Assembly (NCBI RefSeq): GCF_001194135.2
Contig: NC_069003.1
Span: 36,254,225-36,318,224 of the forward strand
Source: Octopus bimaculoides
Lineage: Eukaryota
DNA: 64,000 bases
Direction of reading: 5' to 3'
The translations under genes and the position numbers were made by a program. A model generated the notes under the pieces. It saw nothing but the letters and a program-made list of their open reading frames with translations. It ran no database searches and was not told the origin of the DNA. This document shows, piece by piece, positions 24,600 to 35,117 of this stretch (its first letter is position 1; every line of letters begins with the position of its first letter).

Positions 24600-24790
24600 T
24601 TTATTGTCATTATTGTTATTGATATTATTATTGTTGTTGTCGTTATTGTTGTTATTATTACTGAACTCTCTTCCTTGTCCCTTTCAGCTTCAACCAGTTG
24701 TGTCTCCCAGATTATGATTCCATCGACAAATTCCACAAAGCCCTAATGATAGCAATTAATGAAGGCAACCAGGGATTTGGAATGGTCTAA
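5379..24790 (+). CDS. AREL1: Apoptosis-resistant E3 ubiquitin ligase 1 (AREL1/KIAA0317-like HECT E3), 19 coding exons, 974 aa, with extra N-terminal signal peptide and tandem SAM-like domains
   Basis: join(5379-5637,12558-12729,13075-13259,14162-14364,14835-15072,15841-16004,17206-17374,18217-18350,18711-18788,19274-19418,19810-19931,20685-20760,21433-21548,21865-22044,22314-22442,22776-22964,23250-23336,23971-24146,24688-24790). All introns GT-AG, phases consistent, 2925 nt. Motifs match recalled human AREL1: SCRVIWDW, FYQKNGKPYP, KPKKVYVYMSPK, FTFRVCPSTK, GGSETFQDK, LDWGGLRREWF, YFETDDPELY, LLQFTTGCSQLPPGGF, PTAHTCFNQLCLP. Confidence 0.95.
9915..10146 (+). mobile_element. tRNA-derived SINE (family A), full length with (ATT)n tail
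   Basis: gagctggcag..gttagcacgccggg..aaatgcttagcggtatttcg..gttctgagttcaaattccgccgaggtcgactttgcctttcatcctttcgggg. Other copies at approx. 1508-1706, 1707-1875, 17690-17845(-), 32475-32650, 41895-42000, 59612-59780(-). Confidence 0.85.
12558..12729 (+). CDS. AREL1: AREL1 exon 2: rest of SAM-like 1, start of SAM-like 2
   Basis: cccccag|GC; GVSSLDQFAAFDEKKHKSFQVLSTLELGKIRRAINLLQGEKQLQEWLHTRGLLNYFS; AG|gtgagt, phases 1 to 2. This frame is not in the ORF track. Confidence 0.82.
13075..13259 (+). CDS. AREL1: AREL1 exon 3: SAM-like 2, start of TM
   Basis: ttttatag|T; LKALSVENLTHLNQLKDEHLRM...FKKAIADLRAKEKKELGSIYRYWVVF; G|gtaag. Confidence 0.85.
14162..14364 (+). CDS. AREL1: AREL1 exon 4: TM helix, start of filamin/Ig-like region
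   Basis: ccttccag|TC; VWLMFSAIVGLAMMSLYGTVTWF...PQSCRVIWDWTEPQFVGKTMTFTVK|gtaagg. Confidence 0.92.
14835..15072 (+). CDS. AREL1: AREL1 exon 5: filamin repeat
   Basis: aagcag|FYQKNGKPYP...VSFTVHRSGEYLISVLVGFMHIKGSPFKKSFQP G|gtaagt. Confidence 0.92.
15841..16004 (+). CDS. AREL1: AREL1 exon 6
   Basis: ttattccag|GC; AIDATKTKFMNYSSTVVCTLGTSHPLMIETRDMFGN...KIRVRE|gtaaga. Confidence 0.92.
17055..17177 (+). repeat. 30-bp pyrimidine-rich minisatellite, about 4 visible copies, running into an assembly gap
   Basis: Unit cctccccatctttcccgctctctctctctc. Confidence 0.9.
17206..17374 (+). CDS. AREL1: AREL1 exon 7
   Basis: ctccacag|TGTNCRHNPVTQIFY...FQAVVTYGDVKLKNGEFNILVLN T|gtaagt. Confidence 0.92.
17853..17911 (+). 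repeat. (AAT)n microsatellite
   Basis: Direct reading; similar tracts at 4110-4145, 18096-18199, 24545-24660 (ATT) and 34988-35019. Confidence 0.95.
18217..18350 (+). CDS. AREL1: AREL1 exon 8
   Basis: gttgccag|TA; NDTTRVKKNL...WYEARLLSCNHERLEKPKKVYVYMSPK|gtaagt. Confidence 0.92.
18711..18788 (+). CDS. AREL1: AREL1 exon 9
   Basis: ttcttgcag|QLTLKEYYFFLFSKKLFTFRVCPSTK|gtaaga. Confidence 0.93.
19274..19418 (+). CDS. AREL1: AREL1 exon 10
   Basis: ttttccag|FYFNGFINQYDNEPVFTIDDGSQPPVVLAAKERNIIAATFTSFLLKNI G|gtaaat. Confidence 0.93.
19810..19931 (+). CDS. AREL1: AREL1 exon 11
   Basis: cattccag|GA; GSETFQDKQNFFNHEIRQLHHKRAHDRLQFTTNRHNILQS|gtaagt. Confidence 0.93.
20685..20760 (+). CDS. AREL1: AREL1 exon 12, HECT start
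   Basis: ttttcag|SYKVTKNFDVSDWCRNFEITFFGEE G|gtaact. Confidence 0.93.
21433..21548 (+). CDS. AREL1: AREL1 exon 13, HECT
   Basis: ttttttag|GT; LDWGGLRREWFEILCTELFDPNASGLFKRFAADDSQGL|gtgagt. Confidence 0.95.
21865..22044 (+). CDS. AREL1: AREL1 exon 14, HECT
   Basis: ctccacag|VHPNNKRLLTQKPKYYEFAGKIVAKCLYESSLGGTYKQLVKAKFSRSFLAQLIGLRVNYK|gtgaga. Confidence 0.95.
22314..22442 (+). CDS. AREL1: AREL1 exon 15, HECT
   Basis: tttgcag|YFETDDPELYKTKILYIEENDVSDMELTFSEEEYNEETGQLIR|gtgagt. Confidence 0.95.
22445..22549 (+). repeat. 5 x 21-bp minisatellite starting inside the AREL1 exon 15 donor site
   Basis: Units gagtagacactccaaagtgtt / gagggggaactccattatgtc / aagtagacactccactttgtt / ctgtagacattccattatgtt / gagcagacactccattatatt. 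Confidence 0.9.
22776..22964 (+). CDS. AREL1: AREL1 exon 16, HECT
   Basis: cttccag|VVDLIPNGSKILVTNKNKLWYL...FLRGLNELIPDNLLSIFDENELE|gtgagt. Confidence 0.95.
23250..23336 (+). CDS. AREL1: AREL1 exon 17, HECT
   Basis: tatttcag|LLMCGTGNYSITDFRQHHSVCGTSPAFGK|gtaagt. Confidence 0.94.
23378..23825. mobile_element. Family C RTE-tail repeat pair, tail-to-tail (23378-23630 + and 23695-23825 -)
   Basis: Shared motifs ggcattaggaagggcatccagc and ccaacccatgc.agcatggaaa..gacgttaaatgatga. Other copies at approx. 6232-6430(-), 8165-8400, 9630-9905, 13700-13860, 16375-16460, 19615-19755, 24200-24300, 31155-31260, 39675-39840, 45200-45360, 52250-52372, 56290-56400. Confidence 0.8.
23971..24146 (+). CDS. AREL1: AREL1 exon 18, HECT C-lobe
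   Basis: ttctgtag|VLDWFWTIVASFTEEQMARLLQFTTGCSQLPPGGF...LPTAHT TG|gtgagt; the catalytic Cys codon is split by the intron. Confidence 0.95.
24688..24790 (+). CDS. AREL1: AREL1 exon 19, terminal
   Basis: ctttcag|C; FNQLCLPDYDSIDKFHKALMIAINEGNQGFGMV, stop TAA 24788-24790. Confidence 0.95.
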
Positions 24791-26085
24791 CAAAGGACAA
24801 AGGGGACAGGGTAGGGGGGAGAGAGCGGCTGTGGGTGGGTGGAAGGGAAATGTTTATAGGAGGAGGTGGAGGGAGAGGAGGAGGTAGAGCATTGAGTGAA
24901 AGTGGCCAATGTGATAAGTTGGGAAATAAGTGTGTGTGTGGGGAGGATGTGGAGTGAAAGTGTTCCATTTCTTGTGTGTGAGTGTGAGGAAATCTGCCAC
25001 AGCAAATTTCATTTGACCCAGGCAAGCCTGGACAACTGGACGTTAAAATGATGTTGTTGATGATAGTGATGATGATGATATCTTGACTACCGATGTTAAT
25101 GAAGTGCCATTGACAAGACAACTGGACCGCTCTGTGCCCCGCCCTTCACATATATATCTTGTCCTTCCTTCCTTCCTTCCTTTCTCTCACCTTCTGTGAT
25201 CTTGGTTTGTTCAAGGTGCACCTAGAAAGTGGTCCCACGCCCAACTCTTCTTTGACTCCTGACAGCAACAAAAGTGCACTGAGATAACCTCGCTGACTGC
25301 AGTGAAGGAAAAAAGTATAAACACAGTTTATGCGATGTGCAAAGTTGGCCCTCAAAGAGGTGTGTGTGTGTGTGGATTTTTAATCTCATGGAATATTAAA
25401 AATACAGTTTGGTTTGGTTGGTGGGGGTGGGGAGGATCCTGCTGAATTTTTGATGGAAAAGGAGGTGGGGGAGGCTCTCATTCTGCAGGATAATTTTAAA
25501 AAAAACAGAAAAAAAATAATTAAAAACAAAAGGAAAAAAATATTCACAATACACACAGACTAACCATTTGTAATGATTATATATATATATATATATNNNN
25601 NNNNNNNNNNNNNNNNNNNNNNNNNNNNNNNNNNNNNNNNNNNNNNNNNNNNNNNNNNNNNNNNNNNNNNNNNNNNNNNNNNNNNNNNNNNNNNNNNNNN
25701 NNNNNNNNNNNNNNNNNNNNNNNNNNNNNNNNNNNNNNNNNNNNNNNNNNNNNNNNNNNNNNNNNNNNNNNNNNNNNNNNNNNNNNNNNNNNNNNNNNNN
25801 NNNNNNNNNNNNNNNNNNNNNNNNNNNNNNNNNNNNNNNNNNNNNNNNNNNNNNNNNNNNNNNNNNNNNNNNNNNNNNNNNNNNNNNNNNNNNNNNNNNN
25901 NNNNNNNNNNNNNNNNNNNNNNNNNNNNNNNNNNNNNNNNNNNNNNNNNNNNNNNNNNNNNNNNNNNNNNNNNNNNNNNNNNNNNNNNNNNNNNNNNNNN
26001 NNNNNNNNNNNNNNNNNNNNNNNNNNNNNNNNNNNNNNNNNNNNNNATATATATATACATATATATATATACATATATATATATA

Positions 26086-26126
<41 letters not shown>

Positions 26127-26137
26127 ATATATATATG

Positions 26138-26358
26138 TGAGGGGGTAGGGCTGAAAGGTTCCTGGCTTTAAGGGTGTCGCGAAAGGCCTTGTTAGAGACC
26201 CAGCCTTCTGAGTTCTTTTACAGGGCTTTGAAAAACTGAAGGACCTCTGCAATAAGTGTGAATCTGAGAGGTGAATATGTTGAATGAAATCACAATTAAC
26301 TGATCCTCCTCTATTTCCTTTTACCCAAAGCCAGGAACTCTTCAGCATATCCCCCTCG
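26138..26358 (+). mobile_element. Mariner-family non-autonomous deletion derivative
   Basis: Imperfect TIRs (T/C)GAGGGGG..GCTGAA..GTTCCTGGCTTT at both ends, TA after the right end; interior is a frameshifted transposase C-terminus (QGFEKLKDLCNKC/NLRGEYVE*). Confidence 0.75.
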
Positions 26359-27477
26359 TATGATGCAAATAGATAGGAGTAAAAGCAAATATATATAATG
26401 CATATAAATATATACGCACACGTATATACACACCATACTTTTATACAACCTCACTTTGTCACTTGAAAGCACAGCTCTCTTAACTTCTATTCCCGTTCTT
26501 TTAATCACAAACCGCACTTTGCATTTCGTGGAAAATCCTTCCTTCACCCACAACAAAGGGAAAAATATTATATGTAAAATGGTTCTAATTAATTAATTAA
26601 TCCAGAGTTGAAACAAAGGAGAAGAAGAAGAGGGAGGCACAGCTGACTGGAGTCCAATGTGCAATGTGGGTGAGTTGGAATGGAAGATAATCTTTAATCT
26701 CTTAATTCTTCATTCATTATCATTAGCTGAGGGAAGCTGCATCACTATGGCAACAACACTAACAACTGATATCAAACAAGGACTCACTTCAAAAGGTGGC
26801 TAGGAGATGATGATGATGGTGGTGGTGGTGGTATTTTTAATTTGTGTGTCTCTTATTGGACACAGGGAATAACAGTAAAAGAGTCTGGGCTCTACGTGGT
26901 CATTTGATCTGTTAGAAATAACAGTTAAAAATAGCTCTTAAAATCTCACTCATTAATGTCATAGATAATGAGGATACATTAGATAATGCAGTTTTTACCT
27001 ATCTCTAAAACTAAGACAGGATGATCATGGCTGGAATGCCTCTAATCATTGGCCTGTTTGATGTCTTGGGTCTAAACAACATCATTGCTACTACTACCAC
27101 CATCATTACTACTATTACTACTACTACTAATAATAATAATTGTTTGGGGTTTGAATAATTAACCCTTGGAAACATGGGTGTTTTGTTCATCATCCTTAAA
27201 TAAACCTTATTCAGTGACCTTTTGAGCAAGGTGGGCAACTTGTCCTGAAGAAAATTCTAACTGGGCCCCATTTACAAAGTCATGTGTTGTTTATTTTGAT
27301 GTGAGACCACCATGCCACACACTTATGGTTGTGATGCATGTGCCTGGTGTACCCTTATCAGATGGGTATACTGGGCTTCATAGATTTGTACCCCAGCATC
27401 GTTTGATGGCATGCACTGCTCTCTCACTCAATTATAATAATAATAATAATAATAGTATCACCACTATCATTCCTTCC

Positions 27478-27515
<38 letters not shown>

Positions 27516-30500
27516 CATGGCCATCACTCCAACATCCTTGTGTGGAAACCAATCTGTCACAGACTGACTTTAACCAAAGATTTAGATTTGGCAGCTATTT
27601 CCTACTTTGATTAACTTATAATATTAATACTAATTTAATATTTTGGCTGAAGAAGTGTATGTGTGACTGGTTTTGTGTTTGTGTGTGTGACTGGTTGCAT
27701 TGTGTGTATATAGATTTCAACCACATTTTATGCCTGGATTATTGAAAATCCAAACATTGTTCAACTTTTTACGCATTTAAACTAGTCACACGTGAACAGC
27801 TACAAATCTTCCAACTGCTTTTATAAAAGCTACCACCAGCATTGAAAAGACAATGGTTGTGTGATTAAGTTCACGACACAACCCCAGTAAGTGTCTTCTT
27901 CTATAGTGCTGAGTGGATTTAATTGACAGAAACCGAAAGAAGCTCATTTGTGTGTGTGTGTGTATGTTTCGATTTGTGCTTCTCCAAACTCCGCCAGTCA
28001 GTGATGTTGCTCTCATTTCCCTTGTCAATGAGTTTCTCCTTTCTTTGCACCTCTAAAGATGTGTGAAAAACTGGTAAAGGTTAGTGACATGAAGGGCCTC
28101 TGGCTATCAAACAATTTCTCAATAATATAGTCGTCTAACCCATGCTAGCATGGAAATATGGATGTAAAAACACAAAGTGCTTCCACACTTGTCTTTATTG
28201 TTGTTGGGTCTTCACCCATTTCCCCGTCTCACATCACTGCTAGGGCCCTTGGTGCATTGAACAATGTTGCAAACATGCAGACCAGAGGATGTTAAAATCT
28301 TCATTTTTATCCTCGTACCAGTTTTAGGGGGTCCTGCAAGACAACATATATGCTACTTTGGCCACTTTCACAAAAATATAAAAAGATTTTTTAACAACTT
28401 ACCTGCCATTTTGCAAACAGGGACCACATGAAATCCCTGATTGTTTGATCAGCCTTTAATAACTTTACAATAAGGATTTCACATTTTGAGCCTTACATAG
28501 TAGACTAGTGTGCCCTGAACAGGAGACAGGGGGCCAGGATGGCTTCAGCTGGAAGTTCCTATGGAAGCCATCAACTAGTTGACCCACCCACAGACCCAGT
28601 TCTTCAAGCAGATGTGACTGGGCTTTCTTAACAACAACAACAACCATCATCACTCTCACTTAATAAAACCTGTTAAACCAAAGTCTTCTATATGGTCGTT
28701 CTGTCTGCTAGAAACAACAGCCAAATCCCCTTCAGAAATAAGAAAAATGGAAGGGATATATATTGTAGTTGTAGATATGTGATGCCTCCCGAGATGGATT
28801 CGATGGGAGCCGTCTTTGTCGGAACACTTCATTGAAGTCCCACATCCCGGAGTTAATCACGCCTTCCACTCTACTTTTCTCTTACACCTGCAAGGGAGTA
28901 GAACCCTTTCCTCTGAATGTATGCGAAAACAATCATGATATATCCAGATGATAGACGCAGACGCACATAATCATGTAGCTGGAATGCTTGACCTCTGCAC
29001 TTCTTCTAAGCACAAAGCTTCACTCCACCACCACCACCACCCTACGTTGAAGTCACATTTTTCCAGCTTCACGCCTTTATGACTTGCATGTCACATCAAT
29101 AACACATCTCTCTGTTTTGCTATGTCATCCAATTAATATTATTAATTACATAATCATTCTAAACTAATAAAAATGACATGTACTTCAAAGTGCTTTACTC
29201 TGGTGTGGGTGGGTGGGGGAATCGATAAGGGGAGAAAATTGTAAAGGGGNNNNNNNNNNNNNNNNNNNNNNNNNNNNNNNNNNNNNNNNNNNNNNNNNNN
29301 NNNNNNNNNNNNNNNNNNNNNNNNNNNNNNNNNNNNNNNNNNNNNNNNNNNNNNNNNNNNNNNNNNNNNNNNNNNNNNNNNNNNNNNNNNNNNNNNNNNN
29401 NNNNNNNNNNNNNNNNNNNNNNNNNNNNNNNNNNNNNNNNNNNNNNNNNNNNNNNNNNNNNNNNNNNNNNNNNNNNNNNNNNNNNNNNNNNNNNNNNNNN
29501 NNNNNNNNNNNNNNNNNNNNNNNNNNNNNNNNNNNNNNNNNNNNNNNNNNNNNNNNNNNNNNNNNNNNNNNNNNNNNNNNNNNNNNNNNNNNNNNNNNNN
29601 NNNNNNNNNNNNNNNNNNNNNNNNNNNNNNNNNNNNNNNNNNNNNNNNNNNNNNNNNNNNNNNNNNNNNNNNNNNNNNNNNNNNNNNNNNNNNNNNNNNN
29701 NNNNNNNNNNNNNNNNNNNNNNNNNNNNNNNNNNNNNNNNNNNNNNNNNNNNNNNNNNNNNNNNNNNNNNNNNNNNNNNNNNNNNNNNNNNNNNNNNNNN
29801 NNNNNNNNNNNNNNNNNNNNNNNNNNNNNNNNNNNNNNNNNNNNNNNNNNNNNNNNNNNNNNNNNNNNNNNNNNNGCAAGGATTTTATAAAGTCCTGTGA
29901 GAGACGGGAGGTCAATTGGGAAAGCAATGCTTGTTGTCATTGCCACCAGTGGAGGGGGGAGAGGGCATTTTTGAAGAAACCTGCAGATTTTAAACAAATT
30001 GCTTGAAAACACAGCATAATTTAGCGGTTTGACAAAAAGGAACCGACAGAATAAATACTAGACTTACAAAAATAAGTGCAGGGGGTCAATTTGTTTGACA
30101 AAAACCCTTGAAGGTGGTGCTCCAGCATGGCTGCAGTCAAATGACTGAAACAAGTAAAGGAATAACAATCCTGGCCCTTTCTGTCATGGCCAATCGATGT
30201 TCTGTAACCGTTTGCAGTGGGTTACATCAAATAGTGGGGTTCACCCAGTCGTCTACAACTAGTTTCTATGCACAGCCTTGAAATGTCCGTAATGGTTAAG
30301 GTGCTGACTTTGCAAGCACATGGTTCCAGGTTCAATCTTACACCGTGACACCTCAGGCAAGTCTTTCAACTCTGGGGTTGACCAATGTCTTGTCAGTGAA
30401 TTTGGGAGATGGAAATTGTGTGTGAGCGTTTGTCCCCTTACCACCACCACCACCACTTGGCAACCAGTGTGAGTTTGTTTACACTCTTGTAAATTAGCAA

Positions 30501-32899
30501 CTTGGGAAAAAGAGATCAACAGAATAAATACAGTAAAGTTCGACTAAACATTCCACGGCAGTGCCCCAGCATGGCCATGACTGAAAGAAGTCCAGGATTA
30601 AAAAATATATAAATAATAAAAACAAAGAGAAAAACATTGCACCAAGGCAAAAGAAATTCTTTATTTTTCCTAAGATTCCTGGCATTTGATTTTGATGTTT
30701 TATTTTTTAAATAATGGGAGGGATTCACTGACGAGAAATGACTTGTGTTGTTTTTAATGACTCTACCATAGAGAGAGGGGGAGGGGGAATCAGATGGGAG
30801 AACATTCAGTTTCATTATAAAGACAGATGCATACACACATATATCTATACATATGTATATAAACATTCATAACCATATATAAATACACAAATATATATAT
30901 ATACATATACACACATATATAAAACTGATGCTTGTGTAGTGAAGAATGTCATTTCAAAACCACTTGGTTTGAGATCTACTCCTCCCATTGTGTGAACGTT
31001 GTTGGCTGATGTTCTTTACTAAAACTATAGATTAGACTAAGACTTGGGGAGCGAGATTGGATAGAAACTGGTGCTCAACTGTTTATCTATCTAAAAACTT
31101 GTGTCATCCTCATCATCATTTTCACATCTACTTCTCCATCTTCACATCAGACAGACAGAATTTGTTGGGGCAGGTACTCTATGGCTGGACGCCCTTCCTG
31201 TTGCCAACCCTCACCTGTTTCTAGGCAAGGTAATATTTCCCCATGACCAGACATGTTTCTCATGAAAGAAAACCATCCTCGGAATACAATGAAGGAGCAG
31301 GGGGGGAAACCAGATGTTCAAATGGATAATAATAATAATAATTTCCTTCGTTCTTTCAGTGTGTTTCATTCCCTGGATCCTGAGGATGGGTTTAGTCAAG
31401 CAAATCAAGCTGCAGCTTGTCTTATCAGTCTTTTTTATCAAAATGCTAAGTTTCACCACACAGCCATGCCTGAACACACACATACCTGGGTGTGTGTGTG
31501 CATTGAATAATATGGTTTTAAAAATGATTTGAACATAGGTTTCTTTATAAAATTTATTTTAAACACTAATTTCTCATAAAGCCAGATTTTAAAGTTTAAA
31601 TTTTAAGTGAGCCCAGTTGGTTTTTACAAATTCTTTTATTGTTTTCAGAGAATATATTTTAATACCAAACATCCTCACAATACCAACACCAGCTGCTGAC
31701 CAAGATATAAAACCAATGAAGGAGCCTGCTAGAAACAGCAGCCAAATCTCCTGAAAATCAAACCCCCATTTTCTTAAAATAATAATTGTACAGTGTTTGC
31801 AAAATACCTTTGATTAAGGGTCTGTCTTCTGGATCAAGCATGACTTGGGGTTAAAAGAATTACAGAATCAAGTCAGCTAAAGAGCCTCTATGTAGTTGCT
31901 CAGCATGCTAGAAACAGCAGTCAAACCTCTGTCAAATCAAATCCTACCATCTTATAATAAAAAGACATGTATAATATGGTCAGGAGTTCCATGCACATAG
32001 GATAAAGACATGATGGCCACAGCTGGAATGGCGTTGATCATTGGTCTGCTCAGAGTTGAACTGGGACTAAACATCAACAATAACAACATACAAAGATAAA
32101 TATCTATTTCAACGTCACACACCAGTGTTCATAAGATCACAAAATGTTTACACGACATTTTGTGATCACAAGTATCCATGAATGGGTCGCCACCCCTCCT
32201 TTCTCACCCACCCACACACACACACACCCAGCCATACATAGGCAAGCACCACACAAATGGTTCTCATTTCCTCTCAGAGCTCAGGGAATCAAGACAAATT
32301 CTACAATTAAATGGCTGTCCTTGTAAAACCACGTCTAGAATTTCAATTTATTTACTAGTCTACTATGTGACTAATTTTAACTTCGTATCCCATGACCCCC
32401 AAACCCCTTCTTCCATTCAATTTTCCACTCCTGGTATTTATACAACAAATATTTCCAACAAGCAACAGAAACAGTGAAGGGCTGCACTCAATAGAGTTAT
32501 GTCCCTTTATTGCTCCGCTCTGAGTTCAAATTCTGCCGAGGTCGACTTTGCCTTTCATCCTTTCAGGCTCAATAAACTAAGTACCAGTCGAACACTGGGG
32601 GGTTGATGTAATCGAATCAACCCCTCCCCCTTGTGGCAAAACTTGAAACCATTGTTTTCTAGTCTTCTAAGGCAGTGATCTGGCAGAACCGTTATCGGAC
32701 GAAATGCTTCATGGCATTTCTTCTGACTTTATGTTCTGAGCTTAAACACTGCTGACTGACCCCTACCAACAAAAAGAAAAAAAAAATCCAGGCTTTGTGC
32801 CTATCATAGAAAGGATTATAATTCTTTAGTCTAAGGTGGGAGGGAGGCAGTGCTTGTAATTTTGTGAACCCATTTCCACACAGCAGACTGGTAAGGTTC

Positions 32900-33235
32900 T
32901 GTTCAGCTGCTGAGGGCAAGTGATGGGGTTCCAACTATTGGGGTAAGAAGGAATAAGGTGAAGAGTTTCATGCAGGATTTTGTTGAGAGGCGGATAGAGG
33001 AGGAGGAGAGAGAGGCAGGTGCATGAGGTGGCAGTTTGTTGTAATGATAGAAGAGTGCAGTAGGCTGCCTTCCTGTGTGTGGTTTGTGTCTGTGAGATGT
33101 GTCACTGTTATAACTTGGCTTCCAACAAAAACTAATTAACAAAATCTCATTATATTCGAGTGAGGTTGTATGAAGGTAGGACATGGTGTGGGCATTCTTC
33201 GGGCAGATCACACTGCCACCTGCAACTCTCTCTCT
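32900..33235 (-). mobile_element. Possible decayed L2/CR1-type LINE 3' fragment
   Basis: Minus frame has ALFYHYN...IRLSTKS, a weak resemblance to LFYRYY..RLST in L2-type C-termini. Confidence 0.3.
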
Positions 33236-33574
33236 CTACACTTCTCTGCATTATATGAACAATGACCACCTGGCTGTTAGTAGGTCAGTTACAAAGACCA
33301 CAATAGTTCACACCTCTAACAAAAACGAGGCTGACTAGGGTGTGCAGTGATGAGTTCAAACTGAGGAAGAGGCAGTGGTTGGGTACTGAGCTACAACCCT
33401 TCTTCAGAGACCAAAAAATGGTAAATGAACACCACAAAATCAGACACAGTAGCAGGGCATCACACCGATGGCAATTATAATGGCATCAACCAGGACAAGA
33501 ACACAGTTTCCATGCATACAAGTGACCGAAATCACAACATTCCCCTTGACTGGGGCACCAATCTGTTGAAGGGT

Positions 33575-33720
33575 GACTCGTTTACAGCCAAGTGGACTGG
33601 AGCAACATGAAACGAAGTGTTTTGCTCAAGAACACAACGCACTACCTGGTCTGAGTATTGAAACCATGACCTGGCTATTGTAAGTACAACTGCCTAATCA
33701 CTGTGTCACACACTTTCACG
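33575..33720 (-). mobile_element. Decayed tRNA/CORE-like SINE head
   Basis: Minus strand: cacagtgattag...ggtttcaatact...gcgttgtgttcttgagcaaaacactt...gttgctccagtccact. Confidence 0.45.
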
Positions 33721-34099
33721 TACATACACATGAAACCACATAATGCTTTGAAAGGACACTAAAAAAAAAAGGACTTTTGTGACACTGGGAAGATGACAGG
33801 TAAAATAAACATTGAGTAGGATTGGAAACTAAAAGCTAAAAGGCTCCAACTAAACATTTGTAAGGTTCCACCAATCTCGGTCAGGTTCTGGTCATTGTAA
33901 GAAGTTTAATAAGTCTGTGAGGAGGTTTAACAATTAAAAACAGAACCAACAAAACATTTGATATTTTCCTCAAATTAAGCAAACCAGGTTCAGGGAAGGC
34001 ATCAGCACAATTTCCATCAAAACCTTCCCACTGGCACTAACACCACCAGAGTTTTTACCAAATTGGAGAGAGAGAGGCGGGAAGAGAGAATGTGTGTGT

Positions 34100-34415
34100 G
34101 TATCACAGCAATACTTCGCCTTTCAGGCGAGATTACAAAGGACCAAGATGCCTGGCGCCTTGCTGTACTCAAGAGCATAAGTGTTAAGACCAGACCAGTT
34201 GCTCTGGTGTCCAAGTGGCTCCATGCAGCAGAGCCTGTATGGCGCCACACAGAAGCACCCAGCATACTACTCTGCAAAGGGGTTGGTGTTGAGAAGGGCA
34301 TCCAGCCATAGAAACCATGCCAAATCAGACTGGAGTCTGGTGCAGCTCCCTCAGCTGGCCAGCCCTGTCAAACTGTCCAACCCATGCCAGCATGGACAAC
34401 AGATGTTAAATGACA
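34100..34415 (+). mobile_element. RTE-related 3' fragment (family C)
   Basis: LRLSGEITKDQDAWRLAVLK followed by the shared aagggcatccagcc.tagaaacc...ccaacccatgccagcatgg...gttaaatga tail. Confidence 0.6.
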
Positions 34416-34846
34416 ACAATAATGACTATATATATACATATATATTATGTATATGTATACATACATACATGTACGAGTATACACACATACATACATGTAT
34501 GCACATATATGTGTGTGTGTATACATAAAATATATACACACACATAAATATATTATAAGCTGCTTTTAAGAAATACACACGGTGCCACCTAATTAGCATA
34601 TCGGCCCAGAATACTCTCTAAACCAGTTCCATTGCACTTACTATGCAGTGGCACTTCTGAATGGCTTCTTATGTGGCTAATAACAGTTGAATCCACTTGA
34701 ATCTAAGAATGTCACCCAGCCTCAAGAAAGCTGTTTCAAGTTGGTGAAATTTGTCGAAACAGAAGGGAAGCAGTTCTATATTTAAGAGATGAATTATTTA
34801 CATTATTTACATTTGATGGATATTTGTCCTCATCTTGTTTGTTGTT

Positions 34847-34892
34847 AACACAACGTTTTGGCTGATATACCCTCCAGCCTTCTTCAGGTGTC
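34847..34892 (-). ncRNA. Second copy of the hammerhead motif (intact stem II, G12A core mutation)
   Basis: Minus strand reads GACAC-CTGAAGA-A-GGCTG-loop-CAGCC-AAAA-CGT-T-GTGTT. Confidence 0.5.
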
Positions 34893-34983
34893 TTGGGGAA
34901 ATTTCGAACCACAGGCATATGGCATAGTGGTTAAGAGCGCAGGCTACCAACCCCAAGATTCCGAGTTCTATTCCAGGCAGTGA

Positions 34984-35022
<39 letters not shown>

Positions 35023-35071
35023 CATTGAAAAATACCTTAGGAATGAGAACCCAGGTTCGAAATTTCCCCAA

Positions 35072-35117
35072 GACACCTGACGAAGGCTGGAGGGTATATC
35101 AGGTGAAACGTTGTGTT
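35072..35117 (+). ncRNA. Minimal type I hammerhead ribozyme motif (stem II partly decayed)
   Basis: GACAC-CTGACGA-A-GGCTG-loop-CAGGT-GAAA-CGT-T-GTGTT: stem I GACAC/GTGTT, core CUGANGA and GAAA, palindromic ACGU stem III, GUU cleavage triplet. Confidence 0.6.

Noticed and set aside
26311-26556. ORF with a weak RTE-like KVRLYK segment
   Set aside because: The resemblance is too short to call.
34915-34985. tRNA gene (also SINE heads at about 9915, 10160 and 47170)
   Set aside because: A/B boxes are present but there is no complete cloverleaf or acceptor stem, and the heads run into repeat bodies.
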